Assembly (NCBI GenBank): GCA_036785375.1
Contig: JAWMAR010000329.1
Span: 372,001-436,000, forward strand
Length of the DNA: 64,000 nt
Direction of reading: 5' to 3'
DNA from: Leucoraja ocellata
Taxonomy: Eukaryota
Each line of letters starts with the position of its first letter. The stretch's first letter is position 1. The translations under genes were made by a program, and so were the position numbers. Under the pieces are notes generated by a model. That model saw only the letters and a list, made by a program, of their open reading frames with translations. It was not told the DNA's origin and did no database searches. Positions 22,910 through 36,401 of this stretch are shown here, piece after piece.

Positions 22910-23820
22910 CCTCCTCTCAAAATGCTTGGAACATGATTTTGTTTGATATATCAAGAATCAAATACAAGACTTCATGGCAACAGCCTTGATCGTGCCCTTG
23001 TCACTTGCAATATTGTCCAAGTGAAGGATCACAAGGAGATCCCTGCATTATGATGGCAATGGCCAGCCTATCCTTTCTGTTACTGTCATCAAATTGGCCA
23101 TTAAACGGCAACAGAGGCTGGAGCTCCGATGCAGCAAAATCAGTGTTGAGATTTCAATGACACTGAAATGAAAACTTCAGTTAGTCATCACAGACTGATT
23201 GTCCACAGAGCCTGACGTCAACCATTACCTACACCTGTAAAATGTCTCTGAGCTTCTCTAGCAGAAAATAACAAGAATGATTTGATGAGAATAATCAGGA
23301 AATCCAGGAGCTAATAAATCATTAACATGCAAACTCCTTGGATTGGAAATGCCATCTCTTGTCAAATATAAAGAAAGAGATCTGTAACCACCTAAGAAGA
23401 GATGGTGGATGTAAAGAGCACAGCAATTAGTCAATAACCATGATATGCATGCATTCTTAAGTGATGTCAACACCATCTCTGGCCCACACACATAGGATCT
23501 GCACTGCCAAGAGTCAAGAATGGAGGAGATTTTATCAAAGACAGTGAAAAAGTCAGCAGCATCTGAAAAGAACATCTTAATCAAGAATTTATCTTTCGCA
23601 GCAATGTCCTTGACTCCATTTTACAACACACCATCCACTACAAACTCAGAGCTACGCTGATCTGCCAAGAGGCCATCTAGTAGCTGATAAATAATTAGAT
23701 CCCTGGAGGTCTAATGACAAGCTCCTCCTTAATTCCAAAACCATGATAAAGAAGTACTTCTCGTCTGAATGCATGTCTCATCTCCCTCATCTTAGAAGAC
23801 AAGAACGTATCAGAAGTAAT
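22910..23820 (+). mobile_element. Highly decayed LINE remnant (RTE-like)
   Basis: Patchy resemblance to RTE endonuclease/linker sequence; no intact ORF. Confidence 0.3.
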
Positions 23821-24279
23821 TGTGAAAGAAGGAAACAGGCTCTTGGGTCCAACTCGTCCATGCCAGCCAAGTTGAGCTAGTCCCATTTGCCTGCATTTGA
23901 CCCACATCCGTCTAAATCTTTCCTATCCATGTACCTGTCCACATGTCTTTGAAACGTTGTATTTGTTCCTGGCTCCACCATTTCCTTAGGCCATCAGTCT
24001 TCGTCACGTTGAGTGGTGCAGGCAGCGGTGGGGACCTCATCGGCAATCTGCTTCTGGGTCTGGTCAAGGTGCCGTCAAAGGTTCTGCCTGAGGCATCTGC
24101 CTACCCATTCTCTGAGGAACTTCTTTCCCTAGGTGGCTCAGGAGAGGGAGCATACAGTGTCCACCAGCTCACCAGATGACTTCCAGGAGCATTAGGCATT
24201 GCAGGGGCTGGAGTGCATCCTGGACACAGAATGGTCATGATTTCATTTGCGAATTATGTAAATATTCTGATGAAACTTA

Positions 24280-24750
24280 TCTATATTACTAAAAGTCTGA
24301 TCTTGACCGCTTTTGGCCCACTGTGCTGCAATTTCCGAGAGAACGCCACCACCTACGGCCATCATTTTTGGCCACCTCGATCAGAGCCCACGTCTGCCTT
24401 CCTGGACCAGAGTATTTTTCCCATCGATGAAAAATCAGAGAGAAATTAATGTTTTAATAAAATTCACCATTCTCTCTGCTGCCCCTGCTGGAGGGACTAT
24501 AAAACCAGGAAGTGGTGTGCCTCAATCAGTCTGCAAGATGGAGGTCACTCTGAGCTCTGAATGACACTGAACAAATGTCTACACAACTGTGAGTAAGTAC
24601 CCTTAATGTGGTTTGAAAATGAAAATATGGTTAGTTTGAAGTAAAAAAGCACTGCCTGCAAATGGTTGTTTGGAGGGTTTGGGTTGAAAAGGCATTCTCT
24701 CTCTCCCCACCTCTCTCTCTCCCTATCCAACGGGTCTGCACTTGGTCTAG
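24280..24750 (+). mobile_element. Non-autonomous Helitron
   Basis: 5' TCTATATTACTAAAA, 3' CTAG, inserted between A (24279) and T (24751) with no TSD; weak subterminal ccaa...ttgg hairpin. Confidence 0.72.
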
Positions 24751-26495
24751 TGTAAATATATAAATAAACCCTTTGAAAATTTTTTTTTAATTGGAATGAA
24801 TCATTTGTTTCCAATGGCAACACACACTTCTGACAGCTGATGTAAACCACTGCCAGATGGTTTGATAGTTTTATAAAATGTGACGGATTTTTACCATCAA
24901 TGTTAGTGTACTGGAGATTTAAATATTTTATTTTTACCTTCATGAGTTTTAAATTGTTTAGATGTTGCTTAACAAATCTGACACAGACAAATTAGGCCAA
25001 TCCATTCTGCACATTCCACTTTGTGCTTTGTAAGCAATCCACTGACCTCCCAGTAGTCAGCTCAACCCCAATCCATGAAGCTGCTTCCACCAGGGCTCTA
25101 ACACTGACTTAGTCATAGTCATAGAGTGAGTGACACAGTGTGGAAGCGGGCCCTTCAGCCCAACTTGCCCACACCGGCCAACATGCCCCAGATACACGTC
25201 ACACCTGCCCGCGTTTGGTCCATATCCCTCCAAACCTGCCCTATCCATGTACTTCTGGCTGATGGAAAAGCATCGCAGGAGTAAGGCATCTTTAGCTTTC
25301 CCCAAGGAAGGAGCAACAAAAGCAAAAGTCCAAGTTCACATTTCTATCTTGTTTCGATAGGTAAAATAATGCAAACTACCCCAGAAGCTTCTGATTTTCT
25401 CTCCTCAATATTTGGGCTCCGTGCTACATATACTTTGCACACTCCCTCTGTGATCATCTGTTTTTCAGGTTTCCTCACAAAGTAGTTGATCGGTTATTTA
25501 AGTGGTGAGTGATAGGTTGATGGACACCTGAGAGAGAATAAGTTAGGAGAAGATAAGTAGGGGAATGGGATTGATAGAGGTGCGAGGGATTGCAAATGCT
25601 GGAATCTAGAGCAAGAAAGAGAGCTGCTGGAAGTGCTCAGTGGTGGGAAATTGGCAGTTGATGTTTTGGTCGAGATGATAGGTGGATACAGGTTGGGAGG
25701 GATTGGAGAGAGGTGGGGGAGGCCTCAGTGCCACTACCTCCCCAGTATTTGGTTCCACACATCACCATCCTTATATCAGATTCCAGAATCTGCAGTCTTT
25801 TGTTGTCTCCACTTATCACCTCGCAGCCTCCTTTGCAAGCTCCACCCCATCTGCTGGCTCGAAGGGCCAAATGGCCTCCTCCTGCACATATTTTCTATGT
25901 CTCCCCCAAATCTTTACACTGGCTAATTCCGCTCTTTTCTTTCTGTCTAGATGTTGGTCTTGACCCGAAATGTGGGCTGTTTATATCCCCCACGGATGCT
26001 CCCTAACATGCTGAATTCCCCCAGTTGCAATCCTTTTTTGCAATGGGATTGATAGGATTACTCTGGTGCCTGGCATAAACCCAGTAGCCTGAATGGCCTC
26101 TTCCTATGTCATAAGAAACATGAAAATATAGATCTATGGATTTATATTTCCTGAAGGCAAGTGCAGAACCCTATGTTTCTGAGTAGCCTGATCTGAACTG
26201 ACTTCTGAACAATTTGGCACCCAGCTGGCAAAACACCTACATTTGTTATGGTCCCAGCTCACCATTGGCCTTGATTACTTTGCAGGCATTTCCTCCTTTT
26301 AACACTCAATACATTGTTCAGCTGTGTGACCAAATACACATGGTCTCCTATTTACCCAGTAAAATAATGCACAGCATGTGCATCTGCCACACACTTCTTA
26401 TTCCAGAATCTTGCATTGTGATGCATTAAGGACCACATTATGAATTTTTTTTTTCTCCTGTGCCCTTACTTCATCACCTGGAGCAATGAAATCCT

Positions 26496-27360
26496 CAGAT
26501 TAGATTGGATTAGATTAGATTCCTTTATTGTCATTCAGACCTTTCGGTCTGAACGAAATTTTGTTTCCCTGCAGTCATACATATAATAAAAAATGACAAA
26601 AACACACAATCAACATAAATTTAACATCCACCACAGCGAGTTCACCAAACACCTCCTCACTGTGATGGACGGCAAAATCTTAAAGTCTCTGTCTCTTCCC
26701 TCTTTGTTTGCCCTCTGCGCCGAGGCGATCCAGGCTCCAGATGTTGTGACCCCACCGGGTAATGGTAAATCCCGCGGCTCAGCCGTGGTCCGCGAACGGG
26801 CCGGTTCAAACTCCGCGGGTGGTCGGTGCCGCCGCCACAGCTCCGAAGCCGAGTCGAGTCTCCACTGCCACTGCCGCCGCTACAGCTCCGGGGCCGAGTC
26901 GGGTCTCCGCTGCCGCTGCCGCCGCCACAGCTCCGGGGCCGAGTCGGGTCTCCGCTGCCACTGCCGCCGCTACAGCTCCGGGGCCGAGTCGGATCTCCGC
27001 TGCTGCTGCTGCCGCACCCACAGCTTCGGGGCCGAGTCGGGTCTCCGCTGCCACTGCCGCCACAGCTCCGAGGCCAAGTCGGGTCTCCGCTGCCGCTGCC
27101 ACCGCCACAGTTCCGAGGCCGCCAGCTCCGCCATTATGCCTCGGCGCAGACGGAGACGGGGATGGGGAATACGACAGAAAAAAAGTCGCATCCCCCGAAG
27201 GAAGAGACCAAAACATGTTTCTCCCACCCCACCCACACACATACACAACTTAATAAAACAAAATTAACTAAAACATGATAAAGGAACAAAAAGAAAGAAA
27301 AAAAAAACGGACGGACTGCAGGTGGGCCGCAGCTGTTAAGCCAGCGCCGCCATCTTGGAC
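26496..27360 (-). mobile_element. Non-autonomous composite retroelement, copy 2
   Basis: Minus strand starts caagatggcggcgctgg, T tract, 45-bp VNTR, 3' ~210 bp homologous to 17660-17860 including the identical hairpin (26532-26555), tail (AATCT)n. Confidence 0.8.
26826..27125. repeat. 45-bp GC-rich minisatellite, ~6.5 copies
   Basis: Unit ctccggggccgagtcgggtctccgctgccgctgccgccgccacag starting at 26841, 26886, 26931, 26976, 27024, 27066, 27111. Confidence 0.92.
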
Positions 27361-29231
27361 ATGATGTGTGCCTACAAAGAAGCAGACATAGCTGGAGCCC
27401 ATGAGGGTGCCCATAGCTACGCCTTGGTCTTGGCGGAAGTGGGAGGAGTCAAAGGAGACAGTGCTGCAGATGCTGGTTTACACTGAAGACAGACACAAAT
27501 GCTGGAGTAACTCAGCGGGACCGGCAGCATCTCTGGAGAGAAGGAATGGGTGATGTTTCGGGTCGAGACCCTTCTTCAAGAAATTTAAGTTGCTCTCACC
27601 CTTGGTGTGCTGTTATTCCCAGATATGAGGACATCCAAGTAGGAAAAACTCATCCTTCATTGTAGTACAAGGAATAAAATGTTGGTATATTAGAGTTTGG
27701 CACTCAATACAATGCTAATGAATATGTGTAGCTGCTGAGAAAGTCAGAAGTGTTTTTGCACAGTTCTTGGTTTGTATATATTTTTTATTCTGAATAAAGT
27801 TCATTTTGGGGGATAAAAACTTCGAGTTTGGTGGGGACAACACTCAAACAAGGGAAGGGATATCACCCTAGAGAGTAGCAAGGGTGCTTTGTTTAAAGAT
27901 AGGTGTGAACACCACTGGTTATAACACTATTGAATGTATATAGACACTGAGAGAGGGTGAAGAGTTTTTCCAATTTTTCTTGTTTTGTATATATTTTTTG
28001 TATTTCGAATAAAGTGTATTTTTTTGCAAAATGGTTACTCTCAATTCGTGTAATTCTACAAAAATTCCCAGGATTCTGCTCAATCTACAACGTGGAAAAT
28101 AATTCAGGCAAATATAAGACAACCATTCTTTGCAAAAAAAAAGTGATGTTTCTAAAAGCTATTCTTTTTTAAACTAAGAACTACTGCGAGCATTGAACTA
28201 GTGTTTCAATATAATTCTGCACGTTGTAGGGATGATGACTGTCAAGGAATTCCACAATTCCCGTCTTCAAATGACATTATAATGCGTGGCAACTCATTTA
28301 GTACGAATTGAAGTCCCCTCATGCATGCACTCACTCCCCTCCACCCCAACAGCACAAACTACATAACTAGATGATTGCATACTGTGTACAGGTCCATTTT
28401 ACAGCTCTTTGCTCGTTGTTCAGTTCTATTATGCTGCTGAAGAATAAACTGATTGCTCAACGTCTGTTCCTCATGCACTTTCCTCAGTTCAAAAGAATCC
28501 AACAGACACACTGTTGTTAGCTTGTCAACACTGTGTATCTGATGACAATGCTCCCACACTTTGTTCGGTGCGTCGAATGGGGTTGTCAATTCTGACTCCG
28601 TCTTCTCCTTGGCTTTACCAGGTAAACTCGCGTTGTGGGACAGGGGCTTTACTCTTCCATTTGTGTTTCATCCTAAACTACAAAAACTGAAAGAATGTCA
28701 CACACACATGTGTAAAACATTCTGCACAAACACGAGAGAATGTTTGAATTCCATGTGGTGAAGGGCTTGTCTCATAAATGTACGAGCTTCACTGCAATAA
28801 GTACTAACAAATGTAAACACTGAAAAATCCACCAGTCGAGCGAGCCAAAGATGCAGGTGAAAAATAACGAGGAGGCTTGGCTCAGGCTACGAGTGAGACA
28901 GTGAGGAGAATTTTAACCCTGACCTTTGCATAGATTTAAGCGGTGGCTGGTGGGACTTACAATAAAACCTGTGAATTTGACAGTAAATTTCCAACCGTTA
29001 TTTAACTCTGGAGGAATGTGGGATGAGTGGCCATACGGTTAGGACAAAAGGGTCAACCATTTTAGACATAAATAAAGAAGAATGGTCTTGACCCAAAACG
29101 TCACCCATTCTTTCACTCCAGAGATGCTGCCTATCCTGCGGAGTTACTCCAGCATTTTGTTTAAAATAAAGAAGAATTCCTTCTCTCAGAGGGTTGTGAA
29201 TATTTGGAATGTTCTATTCCAGGCTGCCCCG

Positions 29232-29266
<35 letters not shown>

Positions 29267-29385
29267 ACACCCTTCCTGTCACAGATGCTCCCTCCTGTTT
29301 TCTCCTCTCATGCACCCTCCTTAACTATATCCAAAGATAGGTTTTACCTCTAACTGTTCTTGGTTCTAGTGAAAGGTCATCAGAG

Positions 29386-29700
29386 ACACAGCTGATAGCG
29401 CTGCTGCCTCACAGCATCAGAGACCTGGATTTAATCCTGTCCTCGGATGCTGTCTGTGTGGAGTTTGCCATTCTCACTGTGACTGTATGGATTTCCTCCA
29501 GGTGCTATGGTTACCTCCCACATCCCAAAGACTACGGGTCCGTAAGTTAGTTGGTCACTGAAAATAATTGCCCTTAGTCATTAGTGATACGAAAGTTGGA
29601 TAGTATAGAACTAGTCAGAACTGATGATTGATGGTTAACATGGACTCGGTGGGATGAAGGGACTGTTTCCATGCTGTATCTATAAAATATAACTAAAAGC
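29386..29700 (+). mobile_element. HE1-like V-SINE
   Basis: gctgctgcctcacagc..agagacctgg..tgctgtctgtgtggagtttgc..cctcccacatcccaaagac..CR1-type tail. Confidence 0.8.
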
Positions 29701-30717
29701 TAATTCTGAAATAGTAACAACAATGGAAAATGATGAAAGCACAGACGTGTGTCAGGGATTATGCGGAGAAGGCAGGAGATCAGCCACGATTATAATGATG
29801 GAGTTGACTTAAGGGGCCAAATGGCCTAATTTTTCTCCTATTACTTATGACCTTATCACCACTCAGCAGGTCAGGCAGCATATGTGGGGAGAGAAATGGT
29901 TAATGTTGTAAGTTGGGTCATTAACATATTTTCTTTATGTTTCTAGCAATTTCTGTTTTTGGAGTTACTGATTTTTACGACTTACAGCATTAACTGTACT
30001 TCTCTCCCTGCAGATGTAACCTGAAGTGCTGGGCATCCCTGAATTTTCTGTTTTTGTTTCGAATTTTCACCAGCTGTGATATTTTTCTTTTGGCTTGCAG
30101 AATGAATGAGTGCCCAGGGTGGGATCTCTGGCTGGTTTTCCATGGGTACGAGATGTCCTTGGCTGCAGAGATTCAACAATTTATTCACTCCCAGATCTCT
30201 CTAGAGTCTTTGTCCTTGCAAAGGCTTTCTTTCCAATTAATATGCAGGTAATGTCGAGGTCAGCAAAACAGTGGAATGTCGTTATTAATGCATGTGTTAC
30301 ATAGAGGGCACCATTGTCACTACTCATCATGCCACCACAGCCAACTCTAATGCCAATGGCACAAAGCAGTCCTGCAAATAACTAGCAACCCATTACACAC
30401 CCAATGATTCTCATCAAATCATGTCTTTTTGTTCACCATCAACCACGTTAAAATACATGGTTTTACACAGCAACTAAGGCTATGCAATGAGAAAAGTATT
30501 GCCAACGAAAAATCAAATGATATTCTTCAAAACAATATATATGTTTTTAATGGATACAGAAACATAACAATACATACACACTTTCTCATTTAGCTAAGTC
30601 AATCTTCTTTTTGTGTTAATCTTGTTACAAATGTTGACATCACTGTCATCGTCCGTCTTGAGAAGGAGGCAAGCTTCCAGCGACAATCAGTGGAAGCCGT
30701 CACTTGTTGCAATAGAT

Positions 30718-31076
30718 CAGGGGTGGGGAACCTGTGGCCTTCTAGGCCATGAAGTGCGACCTTTTGAATTAATCCAAATTTTGTAGAACAAATCCTTTTA
30801 TTTTTATTAATATGTTTTTGTTCTTCTTTTATAATTTTTATTTTAATCTTAAAATGAACGCATTTAAAATACCAAAGAATAAAAGAAGATTCAACTAAAT
30901 AATCCTCCCTGACTGACGGCCACAATTAAAACATTAGTATGTCATGAGGGCTATTTTAACAAAATAATGTACATTTTGAAGTATATCTGATTGAAGGATC
31001 TTGGATGCGGCCTTATTAGATTACAGCTAACTTAATGCGGCATTCCAACATGAAAAGGTGCGGATATTGCACCCTG
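30718..31076. mobile_element. hAT (Charlie-like) non-autonomous element
   Basis: Ends cagggg... / ...caccctg; perfect 8-bp TSD caatagat (30710-30717, 31077-31084). Confidence 0.82.
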
Positions 31077-33334
31077 CAATAGATGATGTTGTTAGCAGAA
31101 TTACCTTAGGATACTTCCAGTTTCCAGCCCTGCGATGTGGACGCTTCAGCTATGGGGCCAGCTAAGTGAATCAGAATGGTAATATAATGGTTAAACTACT
31201 GGAGAGAGCCAGCAGTAAAGCCAGAAAGTAAAGCAACAAGAGTTCAAATCCCATTCATGAAAAGAGAGCGATTTAATTAATAACAACTTCATAAAATAAA
31301 TTAGGAATAAATAGTACATACCAATCATCTGGCTAAATCCTACATGGACATAAAAATGTTATCTGGTGTCATAAGAATGTTTTTGTGGGAACTTGCTGAG
31401 TGCAAATTGGCTGGGTCATTTCCTCCATTACAGCAGTGACTACACTTGGAAATTATTTTACTGGCTGTAATGTGATTGGGGATATGCTGAATGAGACATC
31501 GAGGTTGCTTTCTAATCGCAGGACTTTCACCTGTCCTTATTTTTGGAAATTAGGCAGTTCTCCCCCCAAACAATGTGTCATTTAATTTATTCTTTTGGGT
31601 ATACAAATAAACACAAATTTATTTCATTTAATTATTTTAACTGAGCGGTGGGAAAGTGTAGAATGACCCTAAATCAAAATCCTATTTTCTCTCCAGTTGC
31701 CTGTACTTTAATCTGCAGCAAAATAACAGAAAGAATGTTGCTCTCTTTGTTATTGAAACTGAATGGACAAACTTTGTTTCAATTCACTTCTCAATAGACA
31801 TGAACCATATGCCCAAAACCACCAAGAATTTGGCATCATGAATCTCTGCGAATAGAAACTTTCACCCAGCAACAATGCAGGATGCTTTTTTTTTTAAGGT
31901 TGGTGTTAAAGCGTTGGTTGATGAGAGGATATAGGCGGGCAAAGGAGGAGGGCACAATGACTGTGGTTGCTTCCTGTGGTAATTCAGAACTTTTTACACA
32001 TTGCTGCCATTTCGGTATGTGTGACCCATTCAGATGGAAGCAAGAAAACCACAGTCTAATTTTAACTGAATAAACAAAAACATAAATGTTTTCCGATCAT
32101 GAGATAAAATGGTAGAGCAATCCCTCACTGGTGCTTGGAATTTCCAACAATCAAATACAGCTGGGTCCATGGTATTCTCTTCCAGCGATCCCCAACCATT
32201 GCATGAGGATCAAATGGTGTTTGGAATGTGAAAGTCCCATTACAATCAAACGGCAACATGTGGTTCATTCCATCTTGAAATCTGATCACTATAGCTGTGA
32301 GACCGTTGCACTTAATTCACGTATCTTAGCTAAACACATGTGGAAAACTTCCAGATTTCAATGTATCTGGGGAATTGGAGTTCTTCATTCATCTGGGCTT
32401 AGAGGAATGAGAGAAGAATTAATTAAAACATGCAATATTCCAATAGGGCTCATGAGGCTGGTTACAGGGAAGTTACGTATGCTGATTGAGAGGTCTAGCA
32501 CTGTGGTTCATTGTATTGATTCAGGCACCTTGAAAACAGAAACAAGAGCAGGCCAGTCCACTCTACAACCTAATCCACCATTCAATGCTGATTCTCTTTG
32601 TCAATCCTATATTGACAATCCTAATCCAATCAGGTTCCAAACTCATTTGATGTTTTTACTATCTGTAAGTTTACCTATCTCCTTCGCAAGTCTGTGCAAC
32701 AACCTGGCCTCAACATGGTAAAGAATTCCGTAGGTTCACCATCCTCCTCATCTCAGTCCTAACTGTCTTACCTCATATTCAGTGAATTGAGTTCAGAATA
32801 TTATTATCAGAAAAGCCAAGGGAGATCTTTCTAAATTGGTAAAAAAAGATTTTCCTAATTCAATAAAGTAGCAAATCTATTAGATAGTGTTGATGTAATC
32901 AAATATATTAGAGTGTTAAGAGTGCAATTGATGCTGGAAATCAACTGGAAATACAAGAGGAACAATTGGCAGGTTTTGTTTGCCCATTCTCACCTTCCCT
33001 TTAGTTAAATGACAAATATTTCAATGAGATGGTAGGGTTAGAATCAAGGCTGGTCCCCTGCAAAAAACATTCTGCTACTGAGAAATAATGAAAACATTCC
33101 AAATCACTAGGTAATTCATGGAAGAGCTTAGAGGCTCCTTGCCAGTAGGAGTGTGAACTAGAATATATAACATAGAACTGTACAGCGTACCAACAGCTAC
33201 AACGGCCCATGATTTTTGAGCCATATAAACAAATCTCATTTAACTGCACAAAAAGACTCTTGACTATGCCTAGCGATGTCTTTCAACCATTTACTGTATA
33301 TGCTTATCTTTGTTTTATTTATTTCTATTATGTC

Positions 33335-33866
33335 AGCCCTCAGCCTTTGATGCACTGTAGAAAATAATCTAAACTCCAAGCAACATGCTGGTGAACTTCT
33401 TCTGCACCCTCTTCAAAGCTTCCACTACCGCTACAATGACCAAAACTGCATTCTAAATGCACCTTAACCAAAGTTTTGATACAATGACAAGACTCACCAA
33501 TTTTTATATTTAATACCCCAACTGATGAAGACAAATATGCCACAAACCTTCGTTACCACCCTATCTCCTTCCGTTTCCATTTTTGGAGAGCTATTGGCTT
33601 GCATCCCAAGATCCCTGTGCACATCAATGCTCCTAAATGCCCAGCCACATAGTATATACTTTCATATTACATTTGACCAAGTGCAACACTTCATACTTGT
33701 CTGCATTAAACTACATCTGGCATTTCTCTGCCCATATGTCCAACTGATTTATACCCTGCTGCATCCTTCCTCACTGTCCACAATTCTGCCAATTTTTATG
33801 CCATCTGCGGACTTGCTAATCAGCCCACCTATATTTTCATCCAAATCATTTATTAATTTCACAAAC
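33335..33866 (-). mobile_element. Decayed CR1 RT fragment
   Basis: Minus strand INDLDENIGGLISKSADGIKIG and KTLVKVHLE. Confidence 0.7.
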
Positions 33867-34630
33867 ATGACGTTTTGGGTTGTGACCCATCTCCAATCCA
33901 TGTTCTCCCGATATGCTACCTGCCCTGCTGAGTTACTCAAGCAGTTTGTGTCCCTTTGGATATCTTTAGGAGATGTGTAGAAGTATTTCCTTACACTGAG
34001 AAGAATAGCAAATCAATAAACATCTTAACAAAGTGGTAAAGGCAAATTCCATGAATCAGATGATATCTCATGCTGTGTGTCCCATGTGTGAGATCCAGTA
34101 GAGTATTTGACCACAGGTACTACACAATGCAAGCTTAACTGATGCATTACCATCGGGATCATGGCTTGGCAATCAAGTATAAAGCTTCAGCAAAACACAA
34201 AGTGCTGGAATAACTCAGCGGGTCAGGCAGCATCTGGATATGATAGGTGATGTTTCAGCATTCCTGTCCTAAGACTGATCACCATTGTTCTAACTGAGAT
34301 AAGACAGTTCAGCATTGGCCAAAGATTGAATCTGTGATACACCAGATCTGTAACGTTTCAGCAAAATATACATTTAACTGAAGCCAGAAAGGCGTGCTTC
34401 TTTAAATGTTGATTACACGCTTAATTTTTAAGATTCTTTATAGTCTCAACAATTCTTATCAATCCTAGTGGGAGCCATGAATGGTTTTCAGTGCCAAAAG
34501 CATAGCGGATGCAGCCTTCTATCACATTTGCTCGGCTAAAAACCTGGCAAAGCTGAGCGTATTAGTATAGCTCGGAAAGGTAGTGCAATTATAGGTGAAA
34601 TAGGGTCAGGGATGTGTCAGGGTCAGGGAT

Positions 34631-35029
34631 GTGTCTGAACGTGTCCAAGAAATCCTGAAATGGGAGGGAGAGGAGCCTGAGGTTGTGGTACATATAGGTA
34701 CCAACGACATAGGTAAAAAAAGAGAAGAGGTCCTGAAAGAAGAATTTAGGGAGTTAGGTAGAGAGTTAAGGAGAAGCACTGCAAAGGTAACAATCTCAGG
34801 ATTACTGCCTGTGCCACGCGACAGTGAGAGTAGGAATGGAGCGGGGTGGAGGATAAATGAGTGGATGAGGGACTGGTGCAGTGGGTATGGATTCAAGTTT
34901 CTGGATCATTGGGACCTCTTTTGGGGAAGGTGCGACCTGTACAGAAAGGACGGGTTGCACTTGAACTCGAGGGGGACCAATATCCTGGCGGGGAGATTTG
35001 CAAAGGCTACTGGGGAGACTTTAAACTAG
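34631..35029 (+). pseudogene. CR1 ORF1 SGNH/GDSL esterase domain, C-terminal part
   Basis: GTND and DGLHLN blocks in the translated ORF. Confidence 0.85.
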
Positions 35030-36401
35030 TATGGTTGGGGGGAGGTACTCAAATTGGGAAAGCTAGCAGTCAGTGTGTGAGGCAGGAGGCAGAGAATGGT
35101 AGCACTCTGACCCAAAATGTAGGGGAGAGAGAAAAAAAAGACAATAAACAGAGAATAAGAGAGGGTGGGTTTCTTAAATGTGTATATTTTAATGCTAGGA
35201 GCATTGTAAGAAAGGTGGATGAACTTAGAGCCTGGATTGACACCTGGAAGTATGATGTTGTGGCGATCAGTGAAACATGGTTGCAAGAGGGCTGTGATTG
35301 GAAACTAAATATTCCAGGATTTCGTTGCTTCAGGTGTGATAGAATTGGAGGGGCAAGAGGTGGAGGTGTTGCATTGCTTATCATGGAAGATATTACAGCA
35401 GTGCTTTGGCAGGATAGATTAGAGAGCTCGTCTAGGGAGGCTATTTGGGTGGAACTGAGAAATGGGAAAGGGGTAGCAACACTTATAGGGGTGTATTATA
35501 GACCGCCAAATAGGGAGCGAGAATTGGAAGAGCAAATATGTAAGGAGATTGCAGATATTAGTAGTAAGCACAAGGTAGTGATTGTGGGAGATTTCAATTT
35601 TCCACACATAGACTGGGAAACACATTCTGTAAATGGGCTGGATGGGTTAGAGTTTGTAAAATGTGTGCAGGATAGTTTTTTGCAGCAATACATAGAAGTA
35701 CCTATTAGAGAAGGGGCGGTGCTGGACCTCCTGTTAGGAAATGAGATGGGTCAGGTGGCACAGGTATGCATTGGGGAACAGTTCGGGACCAGTGATCACA
35801 ATACCATTAGTTTCAATATAATTATGGAGAGGGTCGGAACTGGACCTAGGGTTGAGATTTTTGATTGGAGAAAGGCTAACTTTGAGGAAATGCAAAAGGA
35901 TTTAAAAGGAGTAAATTGGGACAGTTTGTTTTATGGGAAAGATGTGGAAGAGAAATGGAGGACATTTAAAGGTGAAATTTTAAGAGTACAGAATCTTTAT
36001 GTCCCTGTTCGGTTGAAAGGAAATAGTAAAAATTGGAAAGAGCCATGGGAAATTGGACGGTTCGGAAAAAGAGAGAGATCTACAATAATTATAGGCAGCA
36101 TGGAGTAAATGAGGTGCTTGAGCAGTATAAAGAATGTAAAAAGAATCTTAAGAAATAAATTAGAAAAGCTAAAAGAAGATATGAGGTTGCTTTGGCAAGT
36201 ACGGTGAAAGTAAATCCAAAGGGTTTCTACAGATATATTAATAGCAAAAGGATAACGAGGGATAAAATTGGTCCATTAGAGAGTTAGAGTGGACAGCTAT
36301 CTGCAGAGCCAAAAGAGATGGGGGAGATATTGAACAATTTCTTTTCTTCGGTATTCACCAAGGAGAAGGATATTGAATTATGTGAGGTAAGGGAAACAAG
36401 T

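Noticed and set aside
23985-24235. Possible Tx1/L1 C-terminal remnant (DLIGNLLLGLVK)
   Set aside because: Too short and degenerate to call without a homology search
26826-27125. Regularly spaced repeats resembling a CRISPR array
   Set aside because: Head-to-tail minisatellite without unique spacers, no cas genes, eukaryotic context
28359-28680. Minus-strand ORF as a host exon
   Set aside because: In-frame TGA just after the apparent acceptor, no recognisable domain, and it overlaps a MITE-like terminus
29232-29266. Long poly-C/poly-G tracts (also ~18900, ~43990, ~57790, ~57870) giving poly-Pro/Gly ORFs
   Set aside because: Simple homopolymers of unreliable length; no coding support
32131-32721. 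196-aa ORF
   Set aside because: No domain signature; includes a decayed CR1 remnant (GLRGMREELIKTCNI), non-ATG start
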